From Planctomycetota bacterium (GTDB taxonomy: Bacteria; Planctomycetota; UBA1135; UBA2386), in the NCBI GenBank assembly GCA_965223545.1, contig OZ245006.1, forward strand, positions 6,880,001 through 6,944,000: 64,000 nucleotides of DNA. The letters are read 5' to 3'. The translations under genes were made by a program, and so were the position numbers. The notes under the pieces are model-generated. The model was not told the origin of the DNA. It was given only the letters and a program-made list of their open reading frames with translations, and did not search any database. Shown here piece by piece: positions 16,629 through 26,852 of the stretch (position 1 is its first letter; every line of letters begins with the position of its first letter).

Positions 16629-19628
16629 ATGACTGAGGCTGGCCTAGAGACGCTAGACTCCAAACTATCAGTGTCCGACAGCTCCGCAAAGCGAGACTTC
16701 CTGTTCTATCGTCAAACCGGAGAGCTAGCCGCGCTTGAGCGAGCGCTTCGCGCGGCAAAGCCAGAGCTACTAGAACATGCCTACTCGCTCACGCGGCATC
16801 GGGCAGATGCCGCGGACTTGGTGCAGGAAACCCTGCTCATCGCAGCCATGCGACACGAGCAGTTCCGGTGTGAAGCCGAGTTCTCGGCCTGGCTGCGCGG
16901 CATCCTGCGCAACCTGACGCGCAAACATCGGGCCCGCCGCGGGCCGCGCCCACTGAGCCTGCACGCTCCATCGGGCCCGCAGCAGGCAGAGCCTCTGCAA
17001 TCGGCACTTAACCACGAACTACGCCAATGCCTAAGTGCCGCGATCGCACGACTCTCTCCGCGCTACCGCGAAGTGCTCGAACTATACCTGGCTGGTGAAA
17101 CCACTTCCCTTGGCATTGCAGAGAAGCTAGGCCGCAGTGCCAGCACGGTACGTAGCCAGTTGGAAAGAGGCCTACGGAAGCTCCGTCGACATCTCCCGAA
17201 GTCACTCGCACCACTAGTAGTCGCGCTGCTCGTCGGCGGTCCTGCACGTGCAAGCCTCCCGCCAAGGCGTCCACACGCTCGTCTATTGCCGGTCTTCGGC
17301 GGCCTAGCCCTGCTGATCCTACTGACTGGGCTGAGGCTGGCGCTTTGGCCCCGCGGGCCTCGAGCAGAGCCGGCGTTCGCATCCGATCGCAGCCCCCTCT
17401 CCTCTACATCGCGCGAGGTGGACGCCCAAGCTAACAAAGACTCGCTACCACGCTCCGAACGCCGGGCTAACGAACAGGCAGGCGTCACGGTAGCCTTGAG
17501 CTGGCCGGACGGTAGACCCGCCGCCGGCGTGGCGCTTGTGCTGGAGACTGACGCTAGGCCCGGGACCCAACCATTACTTACACACTTTGATACCTGGCGC
17601 CATTCCATCACCGACACCGAAGGCGAAGCGCATTTTCTCAACCTGCCCAGCGGAGCAACACGCCTCCGGCTCGATGACGTCTCCGTTCTTCACAGACTAG
17701 AGCTGCGTCCCGGGCAGAGACATCGGATTGAGAAGCGCGTAGAAACGACCTTCGAAATTGCAGGCACAGTGCGCAATGGACTCGGTCTGCCGGTTGCCGG
17801 GGCCGAGATCTGGATCAGCGGTAGTCGACGGATGATGACACCGGGCTACATTGCCTGTAGGAGTGACGAGCTAGGTCGCTTTGCTGCACCACTATTCTTG
17901 GCGCGCATCGATTTTGAATTATGGGCCGCAGCTGCTGGTATCGGAGTCTCCAACTGCTATCGCCCCCAAGCCGCTAGGCTACGCTTGGAGCAAGACCTGG
18001 TAGTGCGCAGTTCAGCGCGGCGTATCGAAGGCCTGTTACTTGGACCACAGGGTTCTGGCGTTGCTGGTATCGTAGCGCTCTATCCCAAGCGCTCTGCCGA
18101 ATATGCGCCACCGATTCAATATGCGCAAACGGACTCCCGCGGGCGCTTCACCTTCGAGCATCTGACCGCCACCGGCTATCGGCTGGCTGGAACAGCGCCC
18201 GGATTGGCTGGATCGACTGTCGAGCTCGACCTCTCAGAAAACGAGCGGAGGAATCTACTTCTGCAGCTCACGCAGGGTGTTCTGATCAGCGGCCAGGTTC
18301 ATGGTTTTGAGCTGCAGCAACTTCAGCGACTGCGTGTTGGCGGACGGTCCCCGGCCTCGCTCTTGCGTGCTCCCGAGCAGTTCTTGTTGCTACGAAGCGC
18401 AGCAGTAGCTGCTGATGCGAGCTTTCGCGTAGGTCCGTTCCCTCCCGGAGCAACCCTTCTTGGGGTGATGGATATTGAGCGTCCACATGGACCATTGGAC
18501 AGTCTGCTGCTGGAGATTCCTGCGGCGGGAGCGCTACGCTGCGACTTCTTTGCACAGGCGCGGGCACCGTGGCGCGTTCGAGTGCAAACACCATCCGGTG
18601 CTCCCGCTGCCAAGCTCTGGGTAGCGCTTGCTCATCCAACTCAGAAGCCAAGCGACGGTCGCTATACAGCGCTTGCCTCGACCGATGCCGAGGGCTTGGC
18701 AGAATTTGCAACTCTCCCTCAGCATCCGCTACAGGTGTTCGTGCTCAGCGAGCCAACAGCGCGCCTGCCACTAGCTTTCGCCCGTGACGTGATGCCAGGC
18801 AGCAAGCTGGTCTTAGTCCTTCCTCAGCAGCTCGAAGCTGGCCGCGTCTCCGGGACTTTGACTCAAGCTCCAGCGGACTTCAGAACTGGAGTAAGCCTAC
18901 GCCTGCGTCACGAGGGGAGCTCTGCTGCGCGGCTGCTCGAGGTGGCCGCATCGGAGCGGAGATTTTCTTTCCAGAAGATCCCGCCTGGTAACTACGTGTT
19001 GGAGCTCATTGGCCAAAGCTCTCCCCGCGCGGCAGTAGCGCTAGCCAAAGCCGTCGTTACATCGGCTAGTGCTATAGACCTCGGAGAGCTGCGCGTTCCG
19101 GAGTGGGGCGTGCTACGGGTTCGTGCCCCGCGGAACTCGGCTGACTCCGTGCTCCCCTTCTCTGTTCGCCAGTCCGATGGTTCTCTGCTGCTCGCCGCGC
19201 AGCTACTAGGAAGCCAGCTGCAGGAGTTGAAGCTGCCGACAGTAGCACTTCGGCTGGAGTTCCTCGACACGGCTGGAATCCTGCGCTCGCATCAGCTCAT
19301 TCTCTCAAGAGATGAGCGTCGAGAGCTTATGCTCGATACCGGAGCTGGGCACCCCGTTCGCTTATTGTTTCCTTTCTCCGAAACTCAAGGTAAGAGCACG
19401 GTGAGCGGCAGCGCTGTGGTCACAATCCGCAGCCAGAAAACCGTCTCAGATCGCCACTTCTCGGCAGTCTACCTCGATGGAGGGCTCTATAGCGTGAGCA
19501 CCGACTTAGCTCCTGGAGCTTTCCAGATCTCCTTCATCTCTACCTGGAACCGTCCTCTTCAACGCACGATCGAGGTTCTAGAGCGACACGAGCTGCAGGA
19601 GTTCCGCTTGCCGCTTGTGCGCCTGTAG
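16629..19628 (+). CDS. ECF sigma-70 factor fused to TM segment(s) and carboxypeptidase-regulatory-like beta-sandwich repeats
   Basis: Region 2 DAADLVQET..FSAWLRGILRN; region 4 LSPRYREVLEL..IAEKLGRSASTVRSQLERG; TM FGGLALLILLTGLRLALW; GTVRNGLGLPVAGAEI and TDSRGRFTF repeats. Confidence 0.88.
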   Translation: MTEAGLETLDSKLSVSDSSAKRDFLFYRQTGELAALERALRAAKPELLEHAYSLTRHRADAADLVQETLLIAAMRHEQFRCEAEFSAWLRGILRNLTRKHRARRGPRPLSLHAPSGPQQAEPLQSALNHELRQCLSAAIARLSPRYREVLELYLAGETTSLGIAEKLGRSASTVRSQLERGLRKLRRHLPKSLAPLVVALLVGGPARASLPPRRPHARLLPVFGGLALLILLTGLRLALWPRGPRAEPAFASDRSPLSSTSREVDAQANKDSLPRSERRANEQAGVTVALSWPDGRPAAGVALVLETDARPGTQPLLTHFDTWRHSITDTEGEAHFLNLPSGATRLRLDDVSVLHRLELRPGQRHRIEKRVETTFEIAGTVRNGLGLPVAGAEIWISGSRRMMTPGYIACRSDELGRFAAPLFLARIDFELWAAAAGIGVSNCYRPQAARLRLEQDLVVRSSARRIEGLLLGPQGSGVAGIVALYPKRSAEYAPPIQYAQTDSRGRFTFEHLTATGYRLAGTAPGLAGSTVELDLSENERRNLLLQLTQGVLISGQVHGFELQQLQRLRVGGRSPASLLRAPEQFLLLRSAAVAADASFRVGPFPPGATLLGVMDIERPHGPLDSLLLEIPAAGALRCDFFAQARAPWRVRVQTPSGAPAAKLWVALAHPTQKPSDGRYTALASTDAEGLAEFATLPQHPLQVFVLSEPTARLPLAFARDVMPGSKLVLVLPQQLEAGRVSGTLTQAPADFRTGVSLRLRHEGSSAARLLEVAASERRFSFQKIPPGNYVLELIGQSSPRAAVALAKAVVTSASAIDLGELRVPEWGVLRVRAPRNSADSVLPFSVRQSDGSLLLAAQLLGSQLQELKLPTVALRLEFLDTAGILRSHQLILSRDERRELMLDTGAGHPVRLLFPFSETQGKSTVSGSAVVTIRSQKTVSDRHFSAVYLDGGLYSVSTDLAPGAFQISFISTWNRPLQRTIEVLERHELQEFRLPLVRL

Positions 19629-19846
19629 TGGCTTCAAGCAGCCTACAGGCGGTCGGGGAGCCGTGCAGAGACGCCCAGAATTTGGGATGACCGAACAGAC
19701 ACCGCTGTCGTGCGCCACGAACAGCGTGACCTCGCGCACCACGCTGGTTGAGACTACGGGCTCACCGGCCTCACCGTCACGCTTCTGAGGTAGAGCGTCA
19801 GCCCACACGATCTCACGCCGGCCAGTGACTGGGTTACTCGACCGGG

Positions 19847-20248
19847 CTACGCCGACTTCGCGCCGGACATCAGGCCGAGGATCTTCGGCAGCTCGCACAG
19901 CAGCACCACCGCCGTCAGCGCACCGGCACCGATCACCATCGGATCGGACAGCTGAGCGCCGCCGCCGATGAACACGTGGAAGGCGAAGATGTTGGCGACG
20001 ATCGGCGCGAGGATCAAAAGGCCGATGGTGCGCGTGCGTGGGATGGCGACCAGGATGGCACCGATCAGCTCGCACACCTTGACGAAGGTCATGTAGCCGG
20101 TCGGCACGAGCGCTGCGAAGAAGTGCTCGGTTGCCGAGCCTTCGGGTGGCGGTTCCTCCTCGGGCATCATGTCGAGCAGAAACATCGAGCTGGCGGCCAA
20201 GAACAGCAGGCCCAACAGCACGCCCGCGATGGTGGCGATGTTCTTCAT
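19847..20248 (-). CDS. DoxX-like membrane protein
   Basis: VLLGLLFLAAS..TGYMTFVKVCELIGAILV..GLLILAPIVANIFAFH; four TM segments. Confidence 0.8.
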   Translation of the reverse strand: MKNIATIAGVLLGLLFLAASSMFLLDMMPEEEPPPEGSATEHFFAALVPTGYMTFVKVCELIGAILVAIPRTRTIGLLILAPIVANIFAFHVFIGGGAQLSDPMVIGAGALTAVVLLCELPKILGLMSGAKSA

Positions 20249-20402
20249 GCTGACGAGCATGGTCTTTGGCGGCCTTCCAGTCACGGCCGGAGTTGGACCT
20301 CTCCACCGGGGGTGGCGAGCGGCAGATCGATCGGTTCCACTCGTCTCCCTGCCCCGGACGCACTCCCGTCGCCTGAGTGAGGGGGACGAGATCACTGCCA
20401 CC

Positions 20403-23240
20403 ATGGTGTCCAGCCGCGCTGTTGTTCTGATCGCCGTCGGGTTGGCGGGGGTCGTCATCGCCGGCCTGGTTTGGCGGTGGGGGGATGCGGTGCCGGTTGC
20501 TGATGCCGGCGCCGCGAACGATCGAGCCAGCGCCGGAGCCCCTCTGGCGGGCTCGGCCGAGGAGAGGGTGGCCGGCGCGGGGCGCGAGCGCGCCGTGGTT
20601 GTCGCGCCGCTCGCCTCCGATGATGCTCTGCCGCCGGGGCTGCGCGGCCGCGTGCTGCAGGATGGGGTGCCCGTGCCGTCGTGCGTGGTGGAGGTGTGCC
20701 GGTCCTTCGATCCGGGGGGGCCGCCGCCGCTGGCGGTGGCGACCGCCGCCGCCGACGGTCGGTTCGTGGTCGGCGGGCTGCCGCCAGGCCTGGTCGTGCT
20801 GCAGTTTTCCAGTGCCAGCCTGCCGCGGCCTGCGTTGCGCGCGGACATCCAAGTGCCCGCCGATCGGTTCGCCGAGCTCGGCGACATCGACCTGCCGCAG
20901 CCGGCGCGCCTGCACGGGCGGGTCGTGGACGGCGGCGGCCGACCGGTCGCGGGCGTGCGCGTGTTCCACCACCATCGCCCGGGCTACTCGACGACCCGGT
21001 TCGACCGAGGCACCGCCGAGCTTGGCGCAGTGCGCGATGCGCACGTGCAGACCGACCTGGACGGGCGGTTCGCCTTTGGTCGGCTGCCGGCTGGAGACCA
21101 CGCGGTACTGGTCGAGCCCGCCGCCGCGGAGCGCTACCGCGACCAGCGCGTGTCGCTGGAGCTCGTGCCCGGAGAGGATCGAGATCTCGGGGACCTGGAG
21201 CTCGTCGATGGTCAGGTACTCGTCGGGCGCGTCGTCGATCCGCAGGGTCGAGGCGTGGCGGCGGCTCTGGTGGCGCCCGCTTCGCGGCGCGGCGAGATCG
21301 CGCGGCGGCGCGGTGCGCGCACCGCGGACGACGGGCGTTTCGTCCTGCACGGCTTGCCTCCCCGTGGCTTGGTGTCGGTCGAGGCCGACGGCTACTTGCC
21401 GCGGACGCAGGATCGGGATGGGGCGCCGTCGCCGATGTTGATCCGGATCGAGCCGGCGTTCGCGGTGCGTGGGGTCGTGCGCGGCGCCAAGGGTGCGCCG
21501 ACGGTGGTCGAGGTGATGGGCCGATCGCGACCGAGTGGGATCCACCGGGCCGGCGTGGATGGCGCGTTCTCGATTCCCGGCCTCGCAGCCGGTGCACACC
21601 GCGTGCGCGCGCGTGCGCCCGGCGTGGGGTCCTCAGCGGTCGTCGAGGTGGAGGTGCCGCGAAGTGGCGACCAGCCGGTCGTGCTCGACATCGTGCCCGG
21701 CTTGCCCGTCACCGTGCGCGTGGTCGACGACACGGGTCTGCCGATCGCCGGTGTGCGGGTCGTGCGCGATCCTGGCATCGAGCGTTCTCCGCGGCTCTAC
21801 CGTGCCGGTGCCCGTGGGCTCACCGGGCGCGTGTTGCGCGCGGCGAGCGGCGCGGGCGCGCAGGTCGCGCGCACCGATATGAGCGGTGCCGCCATCTTGG
21901 CGATCGAAAGCGGGGTGGCCTTCGCCATCGGCGCGCGCCACGAGGGCCACCTCGACAACGTCCTGATCGTGCGCGCCGACGAGCGCCCGGCGACGGCCGA
22001 GACGTGGACGTTGACCATGGCGCGCGGTGGTCGGATCAAAGGCGTCATCGACGACGCCTCGGGCCGGCGTCGGTTCGCGCTCCGCGCGGCGCTGTGGCCG
22101 GTCGGCGTCGAAAAGCCGACCGAGCAGCAGACCCGGCTCATGGTCGACGATGCCGGCGTGTTTGCCAGCGCGCCATTGCAGCCGGGGCGCTACGTCGTCT
22201 CGGTCTATCGCTACAACATGACGTGGCAGGATGCGCCGTCGCGGCGCCTGCCCGACGTCGTGCCCCTGCTCGGACACGGCACCGATCCGCGCGGTTGGCA
22301 GGAGGTCGAGGTGCTCCCCGGCGAGGACACCGAAGTCACTCTCGCGGTCGAGCCGTTGGGAACGGTCGCTGGCGTCGTGCGCCAAAACGGCACACCCGTC
22401 GGAGGCGCGGTGGTCTACGCAGTCGAGACCGGTGCACGGGTCGCGCCGGGAAGAACGGCGTGGACCGATCGCGGTGCGCACGAGCGGGTGCCGTTTGCGG
22501 TGACCGATGTCGAGGGGCGCTACTCGTTCTCCTACGTGGCTCCGGGACGGTGGCGCCTGTTCGCGCTGGCGCCCGGCGGTGACTATCCCAAAGGGCCGGT
22601 AGAGGTCGTGGCGACCGACTTCGGGCAGCACTGGACCCGCGACTTCGAGCTGCCGGCGACGCGCGTTCGCGGTCGCTTTGTGTCGGATCAGGGGGGCGCG
22701 CACGGCGGGCGTGGGCTGCGTGCGTACTTGTTTCCGCTGCACGCGGCCGATCGCGATCCCTACTACCAGCCACACCACGCGCTGCCGCAGACCGCCGAGC
22801 GTCGCGCGCAGCCGCTGGACGGCGAAGGGGCGTTCGCGTTCGCGAGTGTGCTGCCGGGCCGCTGGGTGTTGCGGATCACGGACGGTGAGCGCTCGATCGC
22901 GCAGCGCGTGGTGAGCGTCGCCGACACCGACGTCGACCTGGGCGTGCTCCGCCCGACCCAGGTGGTCGAGGCGGTTTTGCACTGCGCCGACGCGCGCGTC
23001 GCGGGCGCGTGGGTGCGGCGCCCGGTCGAGGGCAGCGAGCGCGGGGTGTTCGTGCAGACCGTAGCGCTCGACGACGGGGTGCTGCGCCTTGCGGTCCCCG
23101 CCGGGCGCTACCTGATCGAACCCTTCGAGCGCAGCCAGTGGTGGGGCGTGGGTCTCAGCGGCAAGTCTCTCGATCAGGTCGTGGCCGTCGAGATCGATGC
23201 CGCCGGCGCAGCCGTGCCGGCGGTGTTGGCGGTGCGCTGA
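20403..23240 (+). CDS. Membrane-anchored carboxypeptidase regulatory-like domain repeat protein
   Basis: N-terminal TM; repeated GRVVDxxGxPVAGxxV and TDxxGRF motifs. Confidence 0.85.
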   Translation: MVSSRAVVLIAVGLAGVVIAGLVWRWGDAVPVADAGAANDRASAGAPLAGSAEERVAGAGRERAVVVAPLASDDALPPGLRGRVLQDGVPVPSCVVEVCRSFDPGGPPPLAVATAAADGRFVVGGLPPGLVVLQFSSASLPRPALRADIQVPADRFAELGDIDLPQPARLHGRVVDGGGRPVAGVRVFHHHRPGYSTTRFDRGTAELGAVRDAHVQTDLDGRFAFGRLPAGDHAVLVEPAAAERYRDQRVSLELVPGEDRDLGDLELVDGQVLVGRVVDPQGRGVAAALVAPASRRGEIARRRGARTADDGRFVLHGLPPRGLVSVEADGYLPRTQDRDGAPSPMLIRIEPAFAVRGVVRGAKGAPTVVEVMGRSRPSGIHRAGVDGAFSIPGLAAGAHRVRARAPGVGSSAVVEVEVPRSGDQPVVLDIVPGLPVTVRVVDDTGLPIAGVRVVRDPGIERSPRLYRAGARGLTGRVLRAASGAGAQVARTDMSGAAILAIESGVAFAIGARHEGHLDNVLIVRADERPATAETWTLTMARGGRIKGVIDDASGRRRFALRAALWPVGVEKPTEQQTRLMVDDAGVFASAPLQPGRYVVSVYRYNMTWQDAPSRRLPDVVPLLGHGTDPRGWQEVEVLPGEDTEVTLAVEPLGTVAGVVRQNGTPVGGAVVYAVETGARVAPGRTAWTDRGAHERVPFAVTDVEGRYSFSYVAPGRWRLFALAPGGDYPKGPVEVVATDFGQHWTRDFELPATRVRGRFVSDQGGAHGGRGLRAYLFPLHAADRDPYYQPHHALPQTAERRAQPLDGEGAFAFASVLPGRWVLRITDGERSIAQRVVSVADTDVDLGVLRPTQVVEAVLHCADARVAGAWVRRPVEGSERGVFVQTVALDDGVLRLAVPAGRYLIEPFERSQWWGVGLSGKSLDQVVAVEIDAAGAAVPAVLAVR

Positions 23241-23241
23241 C

Positions 23242-24054
23242 CTACTCGGGCGCCGGAAACCGTTGCGCCAGCCATTGCTGCCACCGCGGCTCCTGCGCGC
23301 GGGCGGCGCCGGCGGCGCCGTCGCCGTAGAACATGATGCGCACCGACAGCAGCGTCTTCTCGGCCATTGACATGGCGAACAGGTGCGCAATGCCGGCGCA
23401 CGGCTCATCCAGGCGCAGCAGCAGCTCTTCACCGTGCTGCGCGGCGTCGTGCTCGACCCACGCGGACATCGGCGGTGCGTCGTCCGCGGTCGTGCACCGA
23501 TCGGACGCGCTCGCGCTGGCCAAGCCGAGGCCGGTGCGCAGGTGCGACCACGCCTCGGCGGTCGTCTGCGTCGACCACGCCTGCAGCTGCATGAGAGCAC
23601 TGTCTTCGCCGGCGAAGTGTGCCAAGTACAGCCGCAGGATGCGGAAGAATGCGGGCCAGCCGCTCTCCCATCCCTCGAGCTGGGCGTCCCAGTCGTCGCT
23701 GTCGGCGAACAGGCTGTGCACCACGCGCACGGTGCAGGTGTTGCCGTCGCGCGCCTCGACGACCCATTCGGTGGCGATCGTCGGTGCGTCGGGGCCGAGA
23801 TCGGCGCTGTCCGCGGCGAAGCGGTGTGGCGGTTGCCACGCGGTGATCGTCGACACCGATTCCATCCCCGGGCCGAAGTCGGCAACGACGCGCACGGGCG
23901 CACCGTTCTCGTCGGTCTCGAACTCGGTCGGCACGAACCACGAGGTGATGCCGGGGCCGGTGGCGATCGCTTGCCAGACTTGCTCGGGAGTGCCGGGGAC
24001 CTCGACTTCGACGCGGATCGAGCGGTGACCGCGGTCGTCTTTCTCTACGGGCAT
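23242..24054 (-). CDS. SRPBCC/AHSA1 domain protein
   Basis: EVEVPGTPEQVWQAIATGPGITSWF; WQPPHRF; GWPAFFRILRLYL. Confidence 0.9.
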   Translation of the reverse strand: MPVEKDDRGHRSIRVEVEVPGTPEQVWQAIATGPGITSWFVPTEFETDENGAPVRVVADFGPGMESVSTITAWQPPHRFAADSADLGPDAPTIATEWVVEARDGNTCTVRVVHSLFADSDDWDAQLEGWESGWPAFFRILRLYLAHFAGEDSALMQLQAWSTQTTAEAWSHLRTGLGLASASASDRCTTADDAPPMSAWVEHDAAQHGEELLLRLDEPCAGIAHLFAMSMAEKTLLSVRIMFYGDGAAGAARAQEPRWQQWLAQRFPAPE

Positions 24055-24659
24055 GGGGACGCCTCTTCAGGGGAGGGAGGGGATGTAGGCAGGGGATGCG
24101 CGCCGACCAGGAGGCGATGGGCGCGCCCCCCGGGGGTCGACTCGCAGTGGTAGCGGGCGACGAGCTGCGCCACGGCGGTGGCGAGCTCGCGGCTGAACTC
24201 GGCGCGTTCGCGGGCGTTGCGAAAGCGGATGGTGGTGTCGATCGACAGCGTCGCGAGCCGCTTGCCGGTGCTGGTCGCGCGCCGGGCCAAGTCGCCCACC
24301 TCGCGCACCGCGCGCGCCGCCAGCGCGATCAGATAGCCGGCCGACAGGCGGTCCGACGTCCGCTCGGGGTCGGCGCCGATCGCGCCGAGCGCGCCCGGCG
24401 AGACGACGTAGGTGCCGGCGGTGGCGACCAGCAGGCGTTCGGTGAGACCACCCCAACGGCGCTGGTCGGCGACCTTGGCCAAGCCGTGGCGCTCGAGCGC
24501 GCGCAGGTGGTAGTTGACCTTCTGCCGGGGGACGCCGAGGCGCTGGGCCAGCGCGGCGGCCGAGGAGGGCTGGCCGAGCTCCGCCAGCAGGCGGCGTCGC
24601 AGAGGGTCGAGCGCGGCGGTTGCCGCGGCGGAGTCCTCGATGACCTCGACGTCGATCAC
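24045..24659 (-). CDS. ArsR-like winged-HTH transcriptional regulator
   Basis: GTG 24659; ALDPLRRRLLAEL..SAAALAQRLGVPRQKVNYHLRALE; overlaps the SRPBCC gene start. Confidence 0.9.
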   Translation of the reverse strand: MIDVEVIEDSAAATAALDPLRRRLLAELGQPSSAAALAQRLGVPRQKVNYHLRALERHGLAKVADQRRWGGLTERLLVATAGTYVVSPGALGAIGADPERTSDRLSAGYLIALAARAVREVGDLARRATSTGKRLATLSIDTTIRFRNARERAEFSRELATAVAQLVARYHCESTPGGRAHRLLVGAHPLPTSPPSPEEASPCP

Positions 24660-24665
24660 CCACTC

Positions 24666-24697
24666 ACAGTGCCCTTGACAAATATATTTGTCAAGGG
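24666..24697 (-). promoter_or_regulatory. Sigma70-type promoter overlapped by a perfect 26-bp palindromic operator
   Basis: CCCTTGACAAATATATTTGTCAAGGG (24672-24697) is a perfect palindrome; the minus strand reads TTGACA-17 nt-CACTGT-6 nt-GTG start. Confidence 0.8.
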
Positions 24698-24711
24698 TGC
24701 GGAGCCGGTTC

Positions 24712-26691
24712 TCAGAACGGTCCGCCGCGCGGGGCGACCAACGGGCTGAGAGCCAGCGCGAACTCCTCCAAGAAGTCGTCGACGACGATCGCGACGAAGA
24801 GGTCCTGGTGCGGGCCCGGCACGCTCGGCTGCAGCCATCCCGGATTGCCGCTGATGCCGAGCAGGGCGGGCAGCGTCGAGTGGTGGGCTTCGAGGTCCAG
24901 GAGCATGTCCGCGTGTGCCTGCAGGGCGGGGTTGGAATCCGCGCTGAACTTGGCGAACGCACCGAAGTAGCTCAGGCTGGGCACCGGCTGCACGTGCGGC
25001 ACCGGCCATGGCGACACCGGCCAGGTCGAGGTGAACACCGGGTGCGCGGCCGGCCGCGGCGTGGCGGTGATCGGGTTGGCGTTGCCCTTCGAGGCGCCGT
25101 CAGCGACGTTGGCAAGGGTCGCGACGTGCCGAAAGAGCTTGGCCGTGCGCTCGTAGTCCTGCCACTTCCACCCCTGCCCCGTCCACCACGGCGACTGCCA
25201 GATCCCGCTCGGCGCGGTCATCAAGAACTGCAGCATCGAGTGGTCGTCCAGCTCGGGACCGACGTTCTCGGCAAACCACGGATCCACCCAGTCCGGGCCC
25301 GTGGTCTTGGCGGTCAGTGACCAGGAGCCACCGGGGTTGGTGGGTGTCTGCCACAACGACGCCGGCGCGATGCCCTGCAGCACCGCGAGCTCGACGAACG
25401 CGCCCACCGCGTCGATCTCGCGCACGGTGCCGTCGTGATAGAACAGGCCGGTGCCGTGCTTGAACGGCATGTTGCTGACGAACGGGATCGTCAGATCCAG
25501 CTGCCCGATCATGAACGCCCACGGCATGAAGCCGATGCCCTGCTCGCCGGTGGTGTTGTTGAGCAGGTCGAGATCGGGGCGCGGCACACCGCTCTGGCTG
25601 TTGGCGGGATCCCAGCGGCAGTAGCCCACGGTGTCGCGATACGACGATCCGCCGCCGGGGTAGCCGATCTCGGTGCAGATCAGCGGCTTGCCGAAGACGC
25701 TGGTCGCGGTCTCGAACGTCGCGTCGTAGACGAACGACGTGATCGTCGCCCTCGTGTGGCCGTACGGATGCAAGCTCAGCACGTCACAGTTCGGATCCCG
25801 GGCGAGGTTGACCGACTGGTCGTACTCGTCGGTGACCTGGAAGCTCCAGGTCGTGCGGCGCGAGACGCCGTTCGTGCTGGGCGCGCTCTTGATCGTCGCC
25901 AGCGTGTCCGATACCCACAGCTCGCGGTCACCGAACACCGCCGTCAGGGGGGCGGGCTCGTTCATCGCGTCCCACAGTAGGATGGCGTCGGCGCTCGCCG
26001 CCGGCACGGCGGCGACGCACTCGGCGACGTACTGGCCGGCCAAGGTCGCCACGAAGGGACTGCCCTGCCGCTGCAGGGCCTGAGTGAAGATGATCGCGGT
26101 GTTGCCGGGGTCGCGGTGCCAGTAGCTCACGTTGGAGTCGGCGCCGGGTGCCGCGGCCAGCCCCACCGGGTCGTTGAAGTCGGGCTCGATCGCCTGGTTG
26201 CCGTGCACGGCGACGTCGCTCCAAAACACCGGCACCACGTACAGCTGCTTCGCGTGGCAGCGAGTGACGAAGTCGGCGAAGTTGAGCAAGAACTGGTTCT
26301 GACCGTTGACGGGATTGTTGCGGTAGTGCGTCCACGCTGGCGACGACAGGAACACCCGCACCGCGTTGAAGCCGCAGCGCTTGACCCAATCGAGCTGCTC
26401 GTCGATGCGCGCCGTGTTCTGTGGGTGCTGGTGGTAGAAGTGCCACAGCGCGGTCGGCGAGGCGACGCCGTGATAGCCCGCGGTACCGGCGAGCTGGGGA
26501 AACACGGGGACGTAGTTGATGCCGCGCAGGTTGCGGAAGTCGGCGCGGATGCACTCCCAACCCGGAGGGCATGCCGGCGCCTGTGCCGGCGCATGGGAAG
26601 CGACGGCGACGGTCAAGATGGCGGAGAGGGTTGCCAGGGTAGACCGGCAGCGGCGCGCGGCGTGGGCGCGCGTGGGAACGGGATGGCGCAT
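24712..26691 (-). CDS. Secreted clan GH-A (GH5-like) glycoside hydrolase with C-terminal extension
   Basis: Signal ..ASHAPAQ; RGINY; GFNAVRVFL; WDAMNEP (acid/base); SLHPY; ICTEIG (nucleophile). Confidence 0.8.
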   Translation of the reverse strand: MRHPVPTRAHAARRCRSTLATLSAILTVAVASHAPAQAPACPPGWECIRADFRNLRGINYVPVFPQLAGTAGYHGVASPTALWHFYHQHPQNTARIDEQLDWVKRCGFNAVRVFLSSPAWTHYRNNPVNGQNQFLLNFADFVTRCHAKQLYVVPVFWSDVAVHGNQAIEPDFNDPVGLAAAPGADSNVSYWHRDPGNTAIIFTQALQRQGSPFVATLAGQYVAECVAAVPAASADAILLWDAMNEPAPLTAVFGDRELWVSDTLATIKSAPSTNGVSRRTTWSFQVTDEYDQSVNLARDPNCDVLSLHPYGHTRATITSFVYDATFETATSVFGKPLICTEIGYPGGGSSYRDTVGYCRWDPANSQSGVPRPDLDLLNNTTGEQGIGFMPWAFMIGQLDLTIPFVSNMPFKHGTGLFYHDGTVREIDAVGAFVELAVLQGIAPASLWQTPTNPGGSWSLTAKTTGPDWVDPWFAENVGPELDDHSMLQFLMTAPSGIWQSPWWTGQGWKWQDYERTAKLFRHVATLANVADGASKGNANPITATPRPAAHPVFTSTWPVSPWPVPHVQPVPSLSYFGAFAKFSADSNPALQAHADMLLDLEAHHSTLPALLGISGNPGWLQPSVPGPHQDLFVAIVVDDFLEEFALALSPLVAPRGGPF

Positions 26692-26852
26692 TGGCTCTCG
26701 ATGGGGATGGGGAGTGATGCATCAGTGACTCCGCAGGGAACCCCTCGCACCGGAGGTCAGAATCGAGAGAAGTGCGCCGGCCGGGACCCGCGCGAAGGAT
26801 GCCTGTGGTCCATGACGTTCCTCTACGCGCGCGCGGTCTGGCTCAACGATCG

